64,000 nt of DNA, taken from positions 451,614 to 515,613 of the forward strand of contig NW_003314334.1 of assembly GCF_000143415.4 (NCBI RefSeq). Direction: 5' to 3'. The DNA is from Selaginella moellendorffii. Its lineage: Eukaryota > Plantae > Lycopodiophyta. The translations under genes were made by a program, and so were the position numbers. Positions 33,457-46,300 of the stretch are shown here, piece by piece; the stretch's first letter is position 1, and every line of letters starts with the position of its first letter. Below the pieces are notes generated by a model. The model saw only the letters and a list, made by a program, of their open reading frames with translations. It was not told the DNA's origin and searched no databases.

Positions 33457-36273
33457 TTACAGCTGCCTCCAGCGTAGCATCAACCACAACAAGCAGAAGC
33501 TAATGGAGGAGGACAGTGCGAAAGAAACAGGTGACACATTTTCTTCCCACCAGGTCTCGTTGGAGTCCGACTCAGAGATGCTTCCAGCTCCCACATGTCC
33601 GGCTGCTCCTGATTCTGTTTCGTGGCATTGTTTGGAGAGTGGGCGACCACAGAGGCCGAGATTTCCGATGAAGCTTGAGTTGTCGAATGTGTCAAAGTGC
33701 TTCTTCTGCGGGATCTCACCCTCCAGCTGATTGAAAGACACGTTGAAGGAGGCAAGCGAGTCGAGATTTGCGAGTAAGGTTGGAATGGAGCCTTGCAGGT
33801 GGTTGAAGGACAGGTCGAGCTGCTCCAGTTGAGTGATTTTCCCATAGGAACTTGGAATCTCACCACTAAAATTGTTGTGGGACAGGTTAAGGTAACGAAG
33901 GCCAACGAGGTCGCCCATGCTTACAGGAAGCTTGCCAGTCAGCTGATTCGTCGATAAATCCAGCAGAGTCGTGGTGCGTAAGACGTACTGGTATGGAGCA
34001 AATAAATTGCCTTTCACACTGAGGAACAGGTCTTGATATAGTCGATCGGCACCCGCAGCATCGCCCTCCGATGTTAACTTGAAACCCTGTAGATTGTTGA
34101 GGGTGGCGGGCAGTGATCCTTCAAACTGGTTATTTGATAAGTCGAGCACCTGAAGTTGGGTGAGATTCCACAGCCAATCCATGGATGTCAAGGAACCACG
34201 GAAGCTGTTGTTCCCCAAGCTTAGCACTCTCAGCGTTTGGTACTTTCCCAGAGATGAAGGGAGCTCACCAGTAAACCTGTTCCCCCGCAGATCAATCAGC
34301 TCGATGGAAGTTGCGTTTAACAGTGGAAACTGGCCTTGGAAATTGTTGAGTGAGAGCGAGAGGATCTTCAAAGAGGACAACTTCGAAATGTTCATACCAA
34401 GCTCTCCCTTCAGTGAGTTATTCCCAACCTTAAGGCGCTCCAACAAGGTGCAGTTCTCCAAGGTAACCGGAAGGTTCCCAGTCAGTTTGTTTCCTTCTAC
34501 TCCCAGTGCTTGAAGGCTTTTGCATATTGTACCAATTTCATCCGGGACTCTTCCACTAATGGCATTCTTTGACAGGTCCAACTGCTTCAATGAACTGCAG
34601 TTCCCAAGGCTTCGAGGAATTTCTCCAATGAGCAGATTCTTGGATAGATCCATTTGAGTCAACTTCTGAAGCTTCCCGACGATGGAGGGGACTGTCCCGC
34701 TGAAGCTATTACTAAACATATAGAGAATTTGGAGCTGGGAAAGGTCGCCAAGTGACTCAGGTATTGAGCCTGTGAATTTGTTTTCGTGCATCCTCAGATC
34801 TGTCATCTGTGTCCAGTTTTCGAATGACAGGTGGGAAATCCTTCCGGACAGAGAGTTCCTGTGAATGAACAAATCCTGGAGCTTGCTCAAGCTTGTGATC
34901 GACTGTGGTACGGCTCCATGCAAGTTGTTCGTATCAAGGAATAAGTGCTGCAGATTAATGAGTCGTCCCAGATCTTGTGGAATTTCTCCGTCAAACAGAT
35001 TGGATCCTAGATTCAAACGCTCAAGCGCTGTCAGATTTGCCAGCTCCTTGGGAATGCTTCCTCGGAAAGTACAAATTCCCAGGTCTAGATTGGTCAGCGT
35101 TGTTACGTTGCCAATCCTTGGTGATAAAGTGCCGGTGTTGTTCTTCGTCAGTCCGAGTTCAGCCAAAGCCAATGTGGTTAGCGGAAGCCGAAACAATGAT
35201 GATGGGATAGGACCATCCAGATTGGGGGACCAGCCGATATCCAACCATTCTAGCTGGCTGCAATTGCCTAGCTCTTCTGGGATCTTGCCGGTGAGCCTTT
35301 GGGATCCATACAGGGAGAGGGCTTGCATGTTCTGAAGCTGACCGAAGGAACTTGGAATCTGTCCACTCAGGGAATTTCCTCCCAGAAACAGCTCGATGAG
35401 CATTGAGCAATTAGCGATGGCCAGTGGAATATGTCCGTCCAGCTGGTTTTGCTCCAGATGCAGCACCTGAAGATTCTTCAATCGTCCAAGCTCTTCTGGA
35501 ATTGGACCCTTCAAGCTGTTGACTCCCAGCCAGATCTCCTGCATGTTGGTACAATTCCCAAGAGAAGCTGGTAAACTTCCTGACAAGTGATTGCTACCCA
35601 AGGCAATCAGCTCCAGCTGGGGCAACACTCCTAACTCTGGTGGAATTGAACCCTCCAGCATGTTGGCCTGGAGAACAAGCACCTGAAGATTGCTACAGTT
35701 GCTGAGTTCCCTGGGAATGATGTTGGTGAGATTGTTCATGTGGAGTGCCAGAGTTTCGAGCTTCTTGAGGTGTCCGAGCATAGCAGGTATTCCACCGCGA
35801 AGTTTGTTGTACCCGAGGTTGAGATATGTCAACTCTTGGATGGTTCCAAGCTCTTCTGGAATTTGGCCCTCGAGCTCATTGAAGTTCAGCGCCAGAGTCC
35901 TCAGATTTTTCAACTGGCCGAAGTCAAGTGGTATCTTCCCCGACAGGTTGTTTCGACTCAGATTCAGAACTTTCAAGCTACCAATGCTTCCAAGAGAAGA
36001 AGGGAGGATCGTACCTTGAAGCATGCAGTTGGAGAGATTGATACCCACAACACTGAGATTGTCAGAGTCACAGATTATTCCGCTCCAGCTCGAAGAACAC
36101 AAAGAAGCTTTCTTCTTGCGCGTCCAGTTCGCCAGGACTCCTGAAGCATCAGCAGTGATCCCGGACTTGAAGTTGAGCAAAGCCTGCATTTGGTGGTCAC
36201 TGTGATTGATAGTCAAAGCTTGTCTGACTGGCAGGAGCAGCAGCAGCAGCATCAGCATGTCACAGAATGCCAT
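33457..36273 (-). CDS. LRR receptor-like protein, 938 aa, intronless
   Basis: Signal peptide, LRRNT, many LxxLxLxxNxLxGxIP repeats with an island domain, GNLGLCG cap, acidic juxtamembrane region, TM segment, short tail, no kinase. Confidence 0.93.
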   Translation of the reverse strand: MAFCDMLMLLLLLLPVRQALTINHSDHQMQALLNFKSGITADASGVLANWTRKKKASLCSSSWSGIICDSDNLSVVGINLSNCMLQGTILPSSLGSIGSLKVLNLSRNNLSGKIPLDFGQLKNLRTLALNFNELEGQIPEELGTIQELTYLNLGYNKLRGGIPAMLGHLKKLETLALHMNNLTNIIPRELSNCSNLQVLVLQANMLEGSIPPELGVLPQLELIALGSNHLSGSLPASLGNCTNMQEIWLGVNSLKGPIPEELGRLKNLQVLHLEQNQLDGHIPLAIANCSMLIELFLGGNSLSGQIPSSFGQLQNMQALSLYGSQRLTGKIPEELGNCSQLEWLDIGWSPNLDGPIPSSLFRLPLTTLALAELGLTKNNTGTLSPRIGNVTTLTNLDLGICTFRGSIPKELANLTALERLNLGSNLFDGEIPQDLGRLINLQHLFLDTNNLHGAVPQSITSLSKLQDLFIHRNSLSGRISHLSFENWTQMTDLRMHENKFTGSIPESLGDLSQLQILYMFSNSFSGTVPSIVGKLQKLTQMDLSKNLLIGEIPRSLGNCSSLKQLDLSKNAISGRVPDEIGTICKSLQALGVEGNKLTGNLPVTLENCTLLERLKVGNNSLKGELGMNISKLSSLKILSLSLNNFQGQFPLLNATSIELIDLRGNRFTGELPSSLGKYQTLRVLSLGNNSFRGSLTSMDWLWNLTQLQVLDLSNNQFEGSLPATLNNLQGFKLTSEGDAAGADRLYQDLFLSVKGNLFAPYQYVLRTTTLLDLSTNQLTGKLPVSMGDLVGLRYLNLSHNNFSGEIPSSYGKITQLEQLDLSFNHLQGSIPTLLANLDSLASFNVSFNQLEGEIPQKKHFDTFDNSSFIGNLGLCGRPLSKQCHETESGAAGHVGAGSISESDSNETWWEENVSPVSFALSSSISFCLLWLMLRWRQL

Positions 36274-36411
36274 ATGGCTCAGGCTCTTGAGCGCAATTGT
36301 GGTGCATGGAGAAGGTTATAAGAATGACAATACCATTCTTATAGTCTTCTCCATACACGATAGTTGCGCTGGGGTCTAATGTCTACTAATGTCCATCTTG
36401 AGTGTTAATCA

Positions 36412-36466
36412 ATCCCATCCACCTTTAAGACTTTGGATGACAGGAAGTCTTAAAGGTGGATAGGAT
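36412..36466. repeat. Inverted repeat / hairpin
   Basis: atccacctttaagactt-N11-aagtcttaaaggtggat: a perfect 17-bp stem, extendable to 22 bp with one mismatch. Confidence 0.85.
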
Positions 36467-37537
36467 CGGAGAGATCTTCAAACTAAACACTCATTGTTGA
36501 CAACTTGGGGTCCCATTCACTGGGACAATTTCATCGACATATTCATACCAGGTTTCTCTGGCATGTGTGATGGTTTATATTCTGTGACCAGGAAGTGCAA
36601 GAGGGCCGTTCAAAGTGAACAAGTGGATGGCGCAGATTTTCTTTGCAGCTGGGATAGATGTTTGGGCACTTCAGACTGGCATGTAAGCCATCCCGGACAC
36701 ATATTAAACTTTTTGACACTTTTATAATTGGTCAGATTTTAAGGTCAGGAATTTGATTAAGTGTGTCAGTTTCTTGCAGTGATGTTTGTGCAGTAAAGGA
36801 CACTAGCCAGCAAGTCTTCACATGAATCCTGAGCTTTCTTAGTGTTTTGTTCGAATTGTGGTGCATGGAAAAGAATGGTACTGTCCATTTCATTCAAAGT
36901 CTCAAAGGTGGATGCCTTTCCGGGTCCGCTGCTGCAGCCTTCTGACAAAGAACTTCCTGTTCATATTTTGTACCTTGTGCATCTCTGGCATTCATCTAGA
37001 CAGAAAGATTGATTCCACACACGAGATGACTAAACCGACCCGTTGGAATCATCAGGCTCATTTCTTCAAAGGAAGGTCTGGAGATGTGAAATCAGGGTAC
37101 TTGCGTCTGGGGTGGGGACCCGACACAGGGTCCAAATCCGCCACGGTATCTACTTTCTTCGCCGTCCTTTGGGGCTATGGGATCCTTTCCGAATAAGATG
37201 TTTTCACTCTTCGCAACAGAATTGACAAGAAGCGAAATATTAACTAACTATTAACTGACTGATCTTGTAAAATGTTTTAACTAGTATGTACTGGACACTG
37301 TCAAATTCTCACGTCGGCTGCATTTGAACAGAAATGGAATATTCAGATGCAATTTTAACTGGCCTATATAATACCTATTTCACATTTGTGTAAATTTCTA
37401 TCTAACGGTGAGGATCATTTTTCCAGGCCAGAGAACCAATTAAAATTTTTGTTTAATCATCGCGCCTGGTTAAAGTCAATATTCTAGTCACTTCGCATTT
37501 TACAAAGGCTTGTGTCCGTTTTAGCGACCTCCACCGC

Positions 37538-37785
37538 ATGAAAGAGAGGCTGCTGCTTACTCAGTTGATCAGAAGCTGCAGCAGAGACAAGAATTTGGCA
37601 AGAGCAAAGCGGGTTCATGCCCAGATTGATTAGGGTCCTTACAGGGAGGATGTGTTCGTGGCGAATTTGCTTGTTGACATGTATGCCGCTATGGAAGCTT
37701 GGAAGAGGCAGAGCAGGTATTCAGAGGGATCAGGCAGTCGAACTTTTACTTGCAGAATGTCATTCTTCAGGGGTATGCCCAGATT
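37538..37785 (+). pseudogene. PPR (PLS) gene fragment
   Basis: LIRSCSRDKNLARAKRVHAQID*..DVFVANLLVDMY / SLEEAEQVF..NVILQGYAQ with a stop and a frameshift. Confidence 0.75.
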
Positions 37786-38639
37786 AGCAACATTTTGATC
37801 CCTAGCTGGCTAAAGATTGTTGCTTCAGTGATGGAGATTCCTGATAGTAACACTTGGATTGAAAATTTGTTATTGTTTGTTAGTGAGCAAGATGTGGAGG
37901 AGCATCATTGGTATCACGAAGAACAACATGCATTGTATGCCACAGATTTGTTGGCAGAGGTTCCAAGCCTAGCTGCAACTTTTGAGGATGGATCATAACA
38001 AGCTGCTGCCTATCATGCCCAGGAGCTTTAGCAGGCACAACAATTTTCATCACAAGCTGTTGTTGAGCAGACTTAGTCAGGTAGAATTTATTTTGTTTTC
38101 TCTACAATTTTTTTTCTAGTTTTGTGAATTTTATGTTCAGGTGCAAATGATATAGGCAATCTTGCATCTGTAAGGAGAGTCCACAAAGCTGATAGGGAGA
38201 GAAGTTGTCAAGAGATAAATTCAACAAACAATTCATAGAATTGGCAAGTGCTTTAGGTATATAGAATTGCTGATTCTTTGTTTGGTTACATTCAGACTTA
38301 ATTAATTCTGCATATCCAAATAGGCCAAAGAATGACATTTAGCCTTTGGTGGCTTGTGCATGTACAAAATATGTGCTAGGCAACTTGACACTCTAAACAA
38401 AATTGCATGTTGTAGACTCCACATATACTTGGTGCAAGTTATTGTGAGACACAAATCCCTTAGCCCCAAAGTGGAGCCAAAAGGGTGTTACATGGTAATG
38501 GTTGAAGCGAAAGCTAAACGAGCGTAACATGTTTGGACTAAAAACTCTGACTTGAAAGGTCGAGAGCGGGAGTGGGACTCCCAACAGAGTGCTCAAAGAA
38601 TGAGCATGAAGTGAGTCTCTAGAAAAGGGACACAAGAGG

Positions 38640-39050
38640 ACTGAGATGCACCCGAAATGGAGTCGGAGATGGACCGAGATGGAGTCCGAGATGGAGTCTA
38701 AGATAGACCCAAGATAGAGTCCGAGATAGAGTCCAAGATGGACCCGAGATGGACCCGAGATGGAGTCCGAGATGGACTGAGATAGAGTCCGAGATGGAGT
38801 ATGAGATGGACCCAAGATGGAGTTTGAGATGGACTCGAGATGGAATCTGAGATGGAGTCCGAGAAGGACCCGAGATGGAGGCCGAAGTCAAGACTGAGAC
38901 CGAGACCGGGACCAAGACCGAGACTGAGACCAGGACTAAGACTGAGACCGAGGCTGAGGCCGAGACCGAGACCGAGCCCAAGCCTGAGTCTGAGTTCAAG
39001 TTTGAGTTCGAGTCCAAGTTTGAGTCCAAGTTCGAGTTCGAGTCTGAGAG
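38640..39050. repeat. Compound minisatellite (gagatggagtcc 12-mer, gagacc 6-mer, gagttc 6-mer arrays)
   Basis: Directly visible tandem arrays that generate the low-complexity ORFs in the track. Confidence 0.9.
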
Positions 39051-40325
39051 GGTGAAAGCCTAAAGCTTTCGTCTCCTAGACCATGGGGGGTTTCGTGAGC
39101 TCCAAAAGTATAGTAGGGGGAGGACTCCAGTGGAGCTTGTTTAGCTAAGAAAGGCCAGTTTGACCCAGGAAGGCCATACCTAGGTGTTGGGTGATGGGAT
39201 AACCACTGGGAAGTCCAAGGCTAGAGTGAATATAGATCGACAAGCGGGGTAGCTTGGTGAAGTGTTCAAGAGGCGGCTTTAGTTCCCTCGGGAGATTGAA
39301 TGGCTGATGCTCCCAGTCCAAGTGTGGGTGGCACTACCTACTTAGATACCTAGCGTGGCTCAATGGAACCTCGCTCTAAGCCCACGGCTAGAGCACCAAA
39401 AGTTGGAAGGTGGGGAGAGTACCCATGAGGCTTGCATAAGGCCATAGTGTTCTGAAATGTTGTCCCAAAAGTCCCAGACTGTGAAAAGGAAGAGGAGTAG
39501 TCCTCTAGTGCAGTGACTAAGGATACAATCACGTGGTGAGGAAGTCTCAAAGGATAGTGGGACTTAGAGGTTGGGCCTACGGGCCTTGTTCTAGTGGTAG
39601 TGTTGGCGAACACAACTATGGACCGAAAAGGGACTTGGTGGGGACTGTAAAAAGGATATTGGGGAAGGTTGCTCCCTATGTCTGTGGGCATCTTAAGGAT
39701 GCTAAGGAGTGGATCTAGGATGGTCGCTCATGGATGAATGGCTCAGTCTTTGAGAGGAGATGGGACTACGATGTAGGTGGTGTTGGACCACCGGTGTGAC
39801 CAAGGGGAATGGGCATGGCCTTAGCGTAATGAGCTGGTATGTTGGTAGTACCTTGGGGTGTCGGTTATGGGACCAGACACATGGAGCACTTGGACCAAGT
39901 GCAAAGGTTGAGTGGCATGGGGGCCATTCTTGGGACTAGTAAGTCCCCAAGTCCGGATTAGGACTTAAGGAGGTTGTGAGTGAGACTCCTCCAAGTGATC
40001 AAAGGTGTGGCTAAGTGACTAAAGTAGAATGGAAAAATTAGTCGCTTATAGTTATTGTCTTGAAAGGCTCATCAACTTGGAGCAGTTTGGATACTGACAA
40101 TACACTCAATAGAGTTTTGGAATGTGAGCTTCTTCTCGAAGGGAAGATCCTTGCATGTTGTAAATGCGTGCAATGCCAGCTTTGATTGCTGAAAGCTTAG
40201 GCAGAAGAGCCCATCTTGGCAAGGAGCCAAACTCAGTGCCACAATTTTCTATTTGGATCCTTGTAGCCAATGTGAGACCAAAATCTAAGTTATCTCTCTA
40301 AACATCAATCAATTGGTGTAGTGCA

Positions 40326-43300
40326 TGTGGTTTTTACCCTTTATTTTATAGTGATTTACTATAGAATAACCACGAAGCGGAACTTAAACCCTTCATATGC
40401 CACATGTCATATGCCACATGTCTAAATGATAGTGGTGTGGAACACAAGTTTCAGGGCCTTGGGCCACTAAATGCAAGAACGGTGCCAAACTCCCAAGCAT
40501 AGAGCCAAGGAACAATGGCACTAGAGCACATAATGACTCTTGAGCATACAGCCCAAGGAAAGAAGGGACAGGAGCACAAAGTGACTTGGAATAGTCCTAG
40601 AGTATCCAGCATCCCAATGTCAAGATCAGCATGCAAAACAGAGCCAATGGAGTCTAGTGCTATTTTAACATACCGGTGGCCTAACACAAGGATATGGGTA
40701 TTCTACCAGCTAGCATGGAATGGAACTTAGGCTTAGACCCAAGCCGGGCACAGAACAAAGACAGGCACGCAAGCAAAAGTTAGACTATACCTCAAGTTGA
40801 CCTACCCACTATCCCTACTTTATATAGGCCCCCCTCTTAAGGAACGCACACTTTGGGCTTTCACCTTTAGCCTCCTTTAGACTTTCCCAACACTAGCAAG
40901 TGTAAGTCAACATCATGAGTTTCTCATCATCATGTTAAATATGCTTGACTAAATGACAACTTAGGATTTCCTTCTTTAGTGCCCTTTTGGTCTAAGTGCA
41001 CATGTTGTAGCGCACCTTATCTCTCTCCCCTTAAGCTAACTGGAAAAAGGGCAATTGCTTGATGAGAGAGCCCTTAGTGGCTATTTTATCCCCATTTATC
41101 CCCCAAGGTTCTAAGGATCCACGGTGACAGTATATCCAAATCTCATCCCATAATCACATGCGCTACACTCACCCCCCTCTTCAGAGATGTCAATGTCCTC
41201 ATTGACTATTGATTAACAACCCCTACTGAACCAAAGGGAACCAACACCTCCATTTCCCCCCTTCATTGACTATTGATTAACAACCCCTATTGAACCAAGG
41301 GGAACTAGCACCTCCATTTCCCCCCTTCAGAGATGTCAATGTCCTTATTGACTATTGACTAACAACCCCTACTAAACCAAGGGGAACTAGCACTTCCATT
41401 TCCACACTCAATCTACCAATCCTTTCATTGTGTAGACCATATTGACTATTGACTAACAACCCCTACTAAACCAAGGGGAACTAGCACTTCCATTTCCGCA
41501 CTCAATCTACCAATCCTTTCATTGTGTAGACCAACTATTCCATGTGAGGAAACTAGTCATCCACCCGTACTGCAGTCCCACGGTAGATACCGTGAGGCAA
41601 CTAGTCATGCACCCGTACCGCAGTCCCACGGTGGATACCTTCGTCCGTGGATACTCCACACAAGAGGAAGGACATACGCATGGATGCCCAATACGTATGA
41701 TTTCAAATTTAGGGGTAGGAATATACCTTGCTCAAGGGTATATTATACTTTTTTTTAGTAGCCACTAATCAATGGGAATCGAACCCGTGCCATTTGCTCC
41801 GATACCAACTATAACGCACCTTATCTCTCTCCCCTTAAGCCAACTGGAAAAGGGGCAATTGCTTGATGAAAGAGCCTTTAGTGGCTATTTTATCCCCATT
41901 TACCCCCATTTGGTGACAGTATATCCAAATCTCATCCCATGATCACATGCGCTACACATGTGATGACTAGTTTCTCAACTAGCTTAGGTGGAGACTGATA
42001 ATGGGTGGTCCAGCAATACTAACCTCCTACCATTGTGGTAGTAAGGAAAGAATATCTGAAAGGACAACTGATAGGTAACTTTCGATACCCGAAGTCACAT
42101 TCGCGACACTCTCCCCCCCTTAGGGAAGATCGACGTCTTCGTCGATGTATACTCGAGTCTAGAATACTGCCAAGAAAACAACTCCAAAAAAAGTTTATGA
42201 TATTCATATTATGTGAGAAATGGACCAACTTAAATGAGTTAGGGTAACCTCTTTGTCTAACGCAGATGCGCTACCAACTCAGACACCTTCCGGTCATCGC
42301 CGACAAGGAAATGACCAATGGAGTTAGCCACCCTTACTACTTTGGGTATCACCTAGCTTACAAAAGTGTGATACACCCCTACCTGCAGAGACATAGAGAT
42401 AAAAGCTAAAGGCCCTAACCCTCTGGGGGAAAAACCAAACCCGTTGGTAAGGTTTAGATAATCTACTATAAACAGGCAATTAGAGTTGTTTACACAGTTA
42501 TACCCTTTCAACGAAATAAGGAACATCGATAGAAAAGTGGGTGATGTGATCAGTCTATAGTAGCTACCCTATGACTAAAGATTTCACCATGCACACGAAA
42601 TGCTGAAGCTAATTTGCCTATACTAGCCCAAACTCAAAGATCAATAAATGGACAATATCAAAGTCATAAACAATGATATCTTAGAGATTTAATTATCAGT
42701 GAATAAAGCTTAGAACACAAAAGTATTCCAAGTAAGTTATCATCCGATAAACCAGTATTAGAGGATAGGAACCACCAATATCATTATATTTGGAAAACAT
42801 AAGAGTCATCATTTAACAAAATTCAATAGCCAATGTATCATCAAGGAAACTCAATGATAAAACTAAACAATCAAAGATTTTAGATAACATGCTAAACAAC
42901 TTATAAAAGACAATTAAAAGATCATAAGTATCATCGATTGGCAAGCAAGATGCTTGCAAATGTATCACCTAAAAGAAATAACATTTTAATCTATCAGAAC
43001 TAATGTGAGCAACAATCAACAACACAGAATGAATATGGGAAGACTAACAAACACTCGTTCATGCCAACTATCATACTAGTCAATTTGAATAAATCTTAGT
43101 CAATAATACCAAGGAACTAGAGTTGCTCAAGCAAGTGTCAACAACATCCTACCAATATCTCAAACTCCATAGACCAATCCAAAGCAAACCATAAAGAATA
43201 TGTGGTAATGCAAAAAGCCAAAAGCCATCAAAGAGAATAATTAACTCTCATGAAAGATCATCAATCATCCTATCAATGAAAAGATGCATAATCATTGTCG

Positions 43301-46300
43301 AAGAAAGAATCTACCATCCCGAAAAATGGCAAATCATTCTAGATCAACAATAATTAAGAAAAACTTTTGACAAGGATAACCAACTATCACTAATGATTGC
43401 GAGATGCAAATACTAACTTCAATATTAAAATTAAAATGCCTTCCCCAACAACTTTTAGCAAATGGAATAATGAGCACCAAACTCAAAGAACCAAAAGCTT
43501 AAAGAAGTCTATAGCTAAGTCTTGCCTAATAATGATCACAAGTCTTGCATAAATTAATTTCAATGCTAAAGAAGAAATCATGGTATAACCATTAATATCT
43601 TCTTCAACACATCCATAAATTAAACTTCATAATGCTAAAGCTAATGAAAAATATGTTTACTTTATTCCAAAAGCTAAACACAATGGAGCTATGCTCAACA
43701 AGTGATTATTAAACAATCCTCCATAAATCTATCTATAGCAAGACGTAACTCACTAAATAACAAGTACAAGAAAAACCATTAATGATCGATATATCTAAAC
43801 TAAAATCCAGCAAGGATTTAATCACTCAATACCAATCATTAACTCTTTTTCTTGTAAAGTTAGTATAGTTCACGACTGAATCACCTTTCAAGGAAAAGCT
43901 AAAACTCAACCCCTACTAAACAATCTCATATATAACACAATTAATTCAACTTGTTACTCAGTTCATTTGAAGGTCAATACAGTTGCTAACTAGCAAATGC
44001 ACAAATGTTAATAACACAAAGTTATAGCCAAATCATCAACACGATCTTCATCAAGACTAATGAAACTCAATATCAATTCTATGAAGAGACATTTCATTTA
44101 AATCTCAATATCAACAATGTCAATGATAAGGCATTACTTCAATGCCATCAACACTAGAACAAAACTAGAAAAAAACAAGAGTGAATCACCACTCAAAGTT
44201 TTCTAACAACCGAGCTAACCAAAATCAAAAATACCTTTGTTAGCATCTGAGACAAATCCTTCAACATTACTCAGTTACAGATAACACATCATCAAAGAGT
44301 GAATCACTACATCTAAGATTCAATGAAATCCAACACTACAAACTAAATGCAACCAAAAGATATCGACGAAGGTAGAGTTAACATACCAACATGGAAAAAC
44401 CATGTAAGCCTAATGACATGATCCTCCGTAACACTATCTAGTAAAGCAAACCCATCACTGTTATATCATCATTGAGCGAAGCAAGCGTCAAATAGTCCTC
44501 GACGAAGTCTACGAGCAATCACTAGTCGTAGAGCAACTAACAATCACTCTTCAACTTGCTTTCATAAGACCCAAACACTAAACTCATGTAATCAAGTCAT
44601 ATATTTGTCCAATATGAACATAATACCCTAGATACGAGATAAATATTCATGGAGAAGTATAAACTAAATGGCCACTCGAATTTAACTCAACCATAATAAA
44701 CTCACTAATGTATTTAGCCAATAGTTCTGAGCATGCCTTGAAGAGGCTAGCTATGCATGATCAACACTTAGTCAAAATTAAAGTGTAGACCATGAGATGG
44801 ACTTATATCAGTACACAACCTCCTTATAGACAAAGTTATAGTACGTATACCAATATCTCAACCTCAAACAACTAAGTTGGACTATCCTTAGCTAAGGCAC
44901 AGGGCTACCAAGACTAAGTCATGATCAGTGAGAACTCACTACTCTCATAAAGTCTAACAAAATACAAGGTGCAACCTGCCACCCAGCAAAATGCTACAAA
45001 AAAAAGGCACAAAGGTCACCTTTTTAGAAAAGTGTAAGGGCCACTTTTTTACACCAACTCTAGACTCTATCCAACTTAATTACTTTAGCCCCAAAAGTTA
45101 ACATTCCTTTCGGGTCACATCATACAAACTATCTACTAAGGTTTAAGCTAACTAAAGTTAACTCTAACCCTTTCACTAGTTTGTACTAATTTACGAAAAC
45201 GGAATGGTTTTCGGGCAAAGTGATTAACAAATCAGCCATTGAAAAAGCCTAAGAAAATTTGTGAAAAATTTCCATCTTAGAGAAAGAATGACTCTAAGTT
45301 TAGGAATATAAACTTTCAAACTCAACCAACTTCCTCCTACTAACAACTTCATATAAGTTCACTTCAACACAAATTCTTATAACCCAATAATATGCTTAAG
45401 CATTGACTTTGCCCATATCTCTAAATCCAACATCAACATCTACCAAAATACAAAATAAACATCCAAGGCTTAATCACGAAGACCATATCTTTGGATATCC
45501 ATATTGCACTAACACTTTTCTTCAACCACATTCAAGATCCAATGTGAAGCCAAAACACTAATAAGAAAAATGACATGAAAAATCAAGTTCTAAAGAAAAT
45601 TCCTCATCACTCGAAACTACAATGCCACTTCCACTAACACAAGTGCTAGCGGTGTCAATGCCTCAACTACACACCTTCTCCATCCAACAATCTACTCCAA
45701 ATGCTAACGGATCAACAGATGAGTTATAGCAAATGAATGTTACAACCCTTTTTCAACACCTCAATGAGCAAACTCAAGGAAACAAGGAACTAGCTTAAAC
45801 TTAGCATAATGATTCACCATTGAGAACTTAATCAAAGCTACTTCATTGTTACTACATGCAAGTAGACTAGTTTCACCATCAATCACTTTTGGGGTTGATC
45901 ATCATATAACCAAGCAACTTCGTAAACATATTGCTCACTATCACTTGAATATGATATAGAAATCATAATGACTTGATCATCAATTGAGCAACTTACGAGC
46001 AATGCCTATGTCATTACTTCAAAAGTTTAGACAAGTATCAAATTCTAACTTGATTCAACAAAATGCAACATAAATGCCACACCCCACTGATAGAGATTTA
46101 CAACACCTAACACTACTAACTTTTTGTTCACATGGACAAGCTTATATAACTCTCTTTCTAACCAACTTAAAACTCCAACACCAAGTTACTCAAGGAGCAA
46201 TAACAAGGTTCCCCGAAAAAGAATTGAGCATTGTAACTCAAGTCTTCCAATAGTAAGCCTAGATAAAATGGTTTAGCCATCCCATGACTCACCATTTACA

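Noticed and set aside
38393-39063. ORFs of 60-140 aa rich in Ser/Glu/Pro
   Set aside because: Artefacts of the hexamer tandem repeats.
41180-41530. Repeat array superficially like CRISPR
   Set aside because: No unique spacers, lies inside a TRIM, eukaryotic context, no cas genes.
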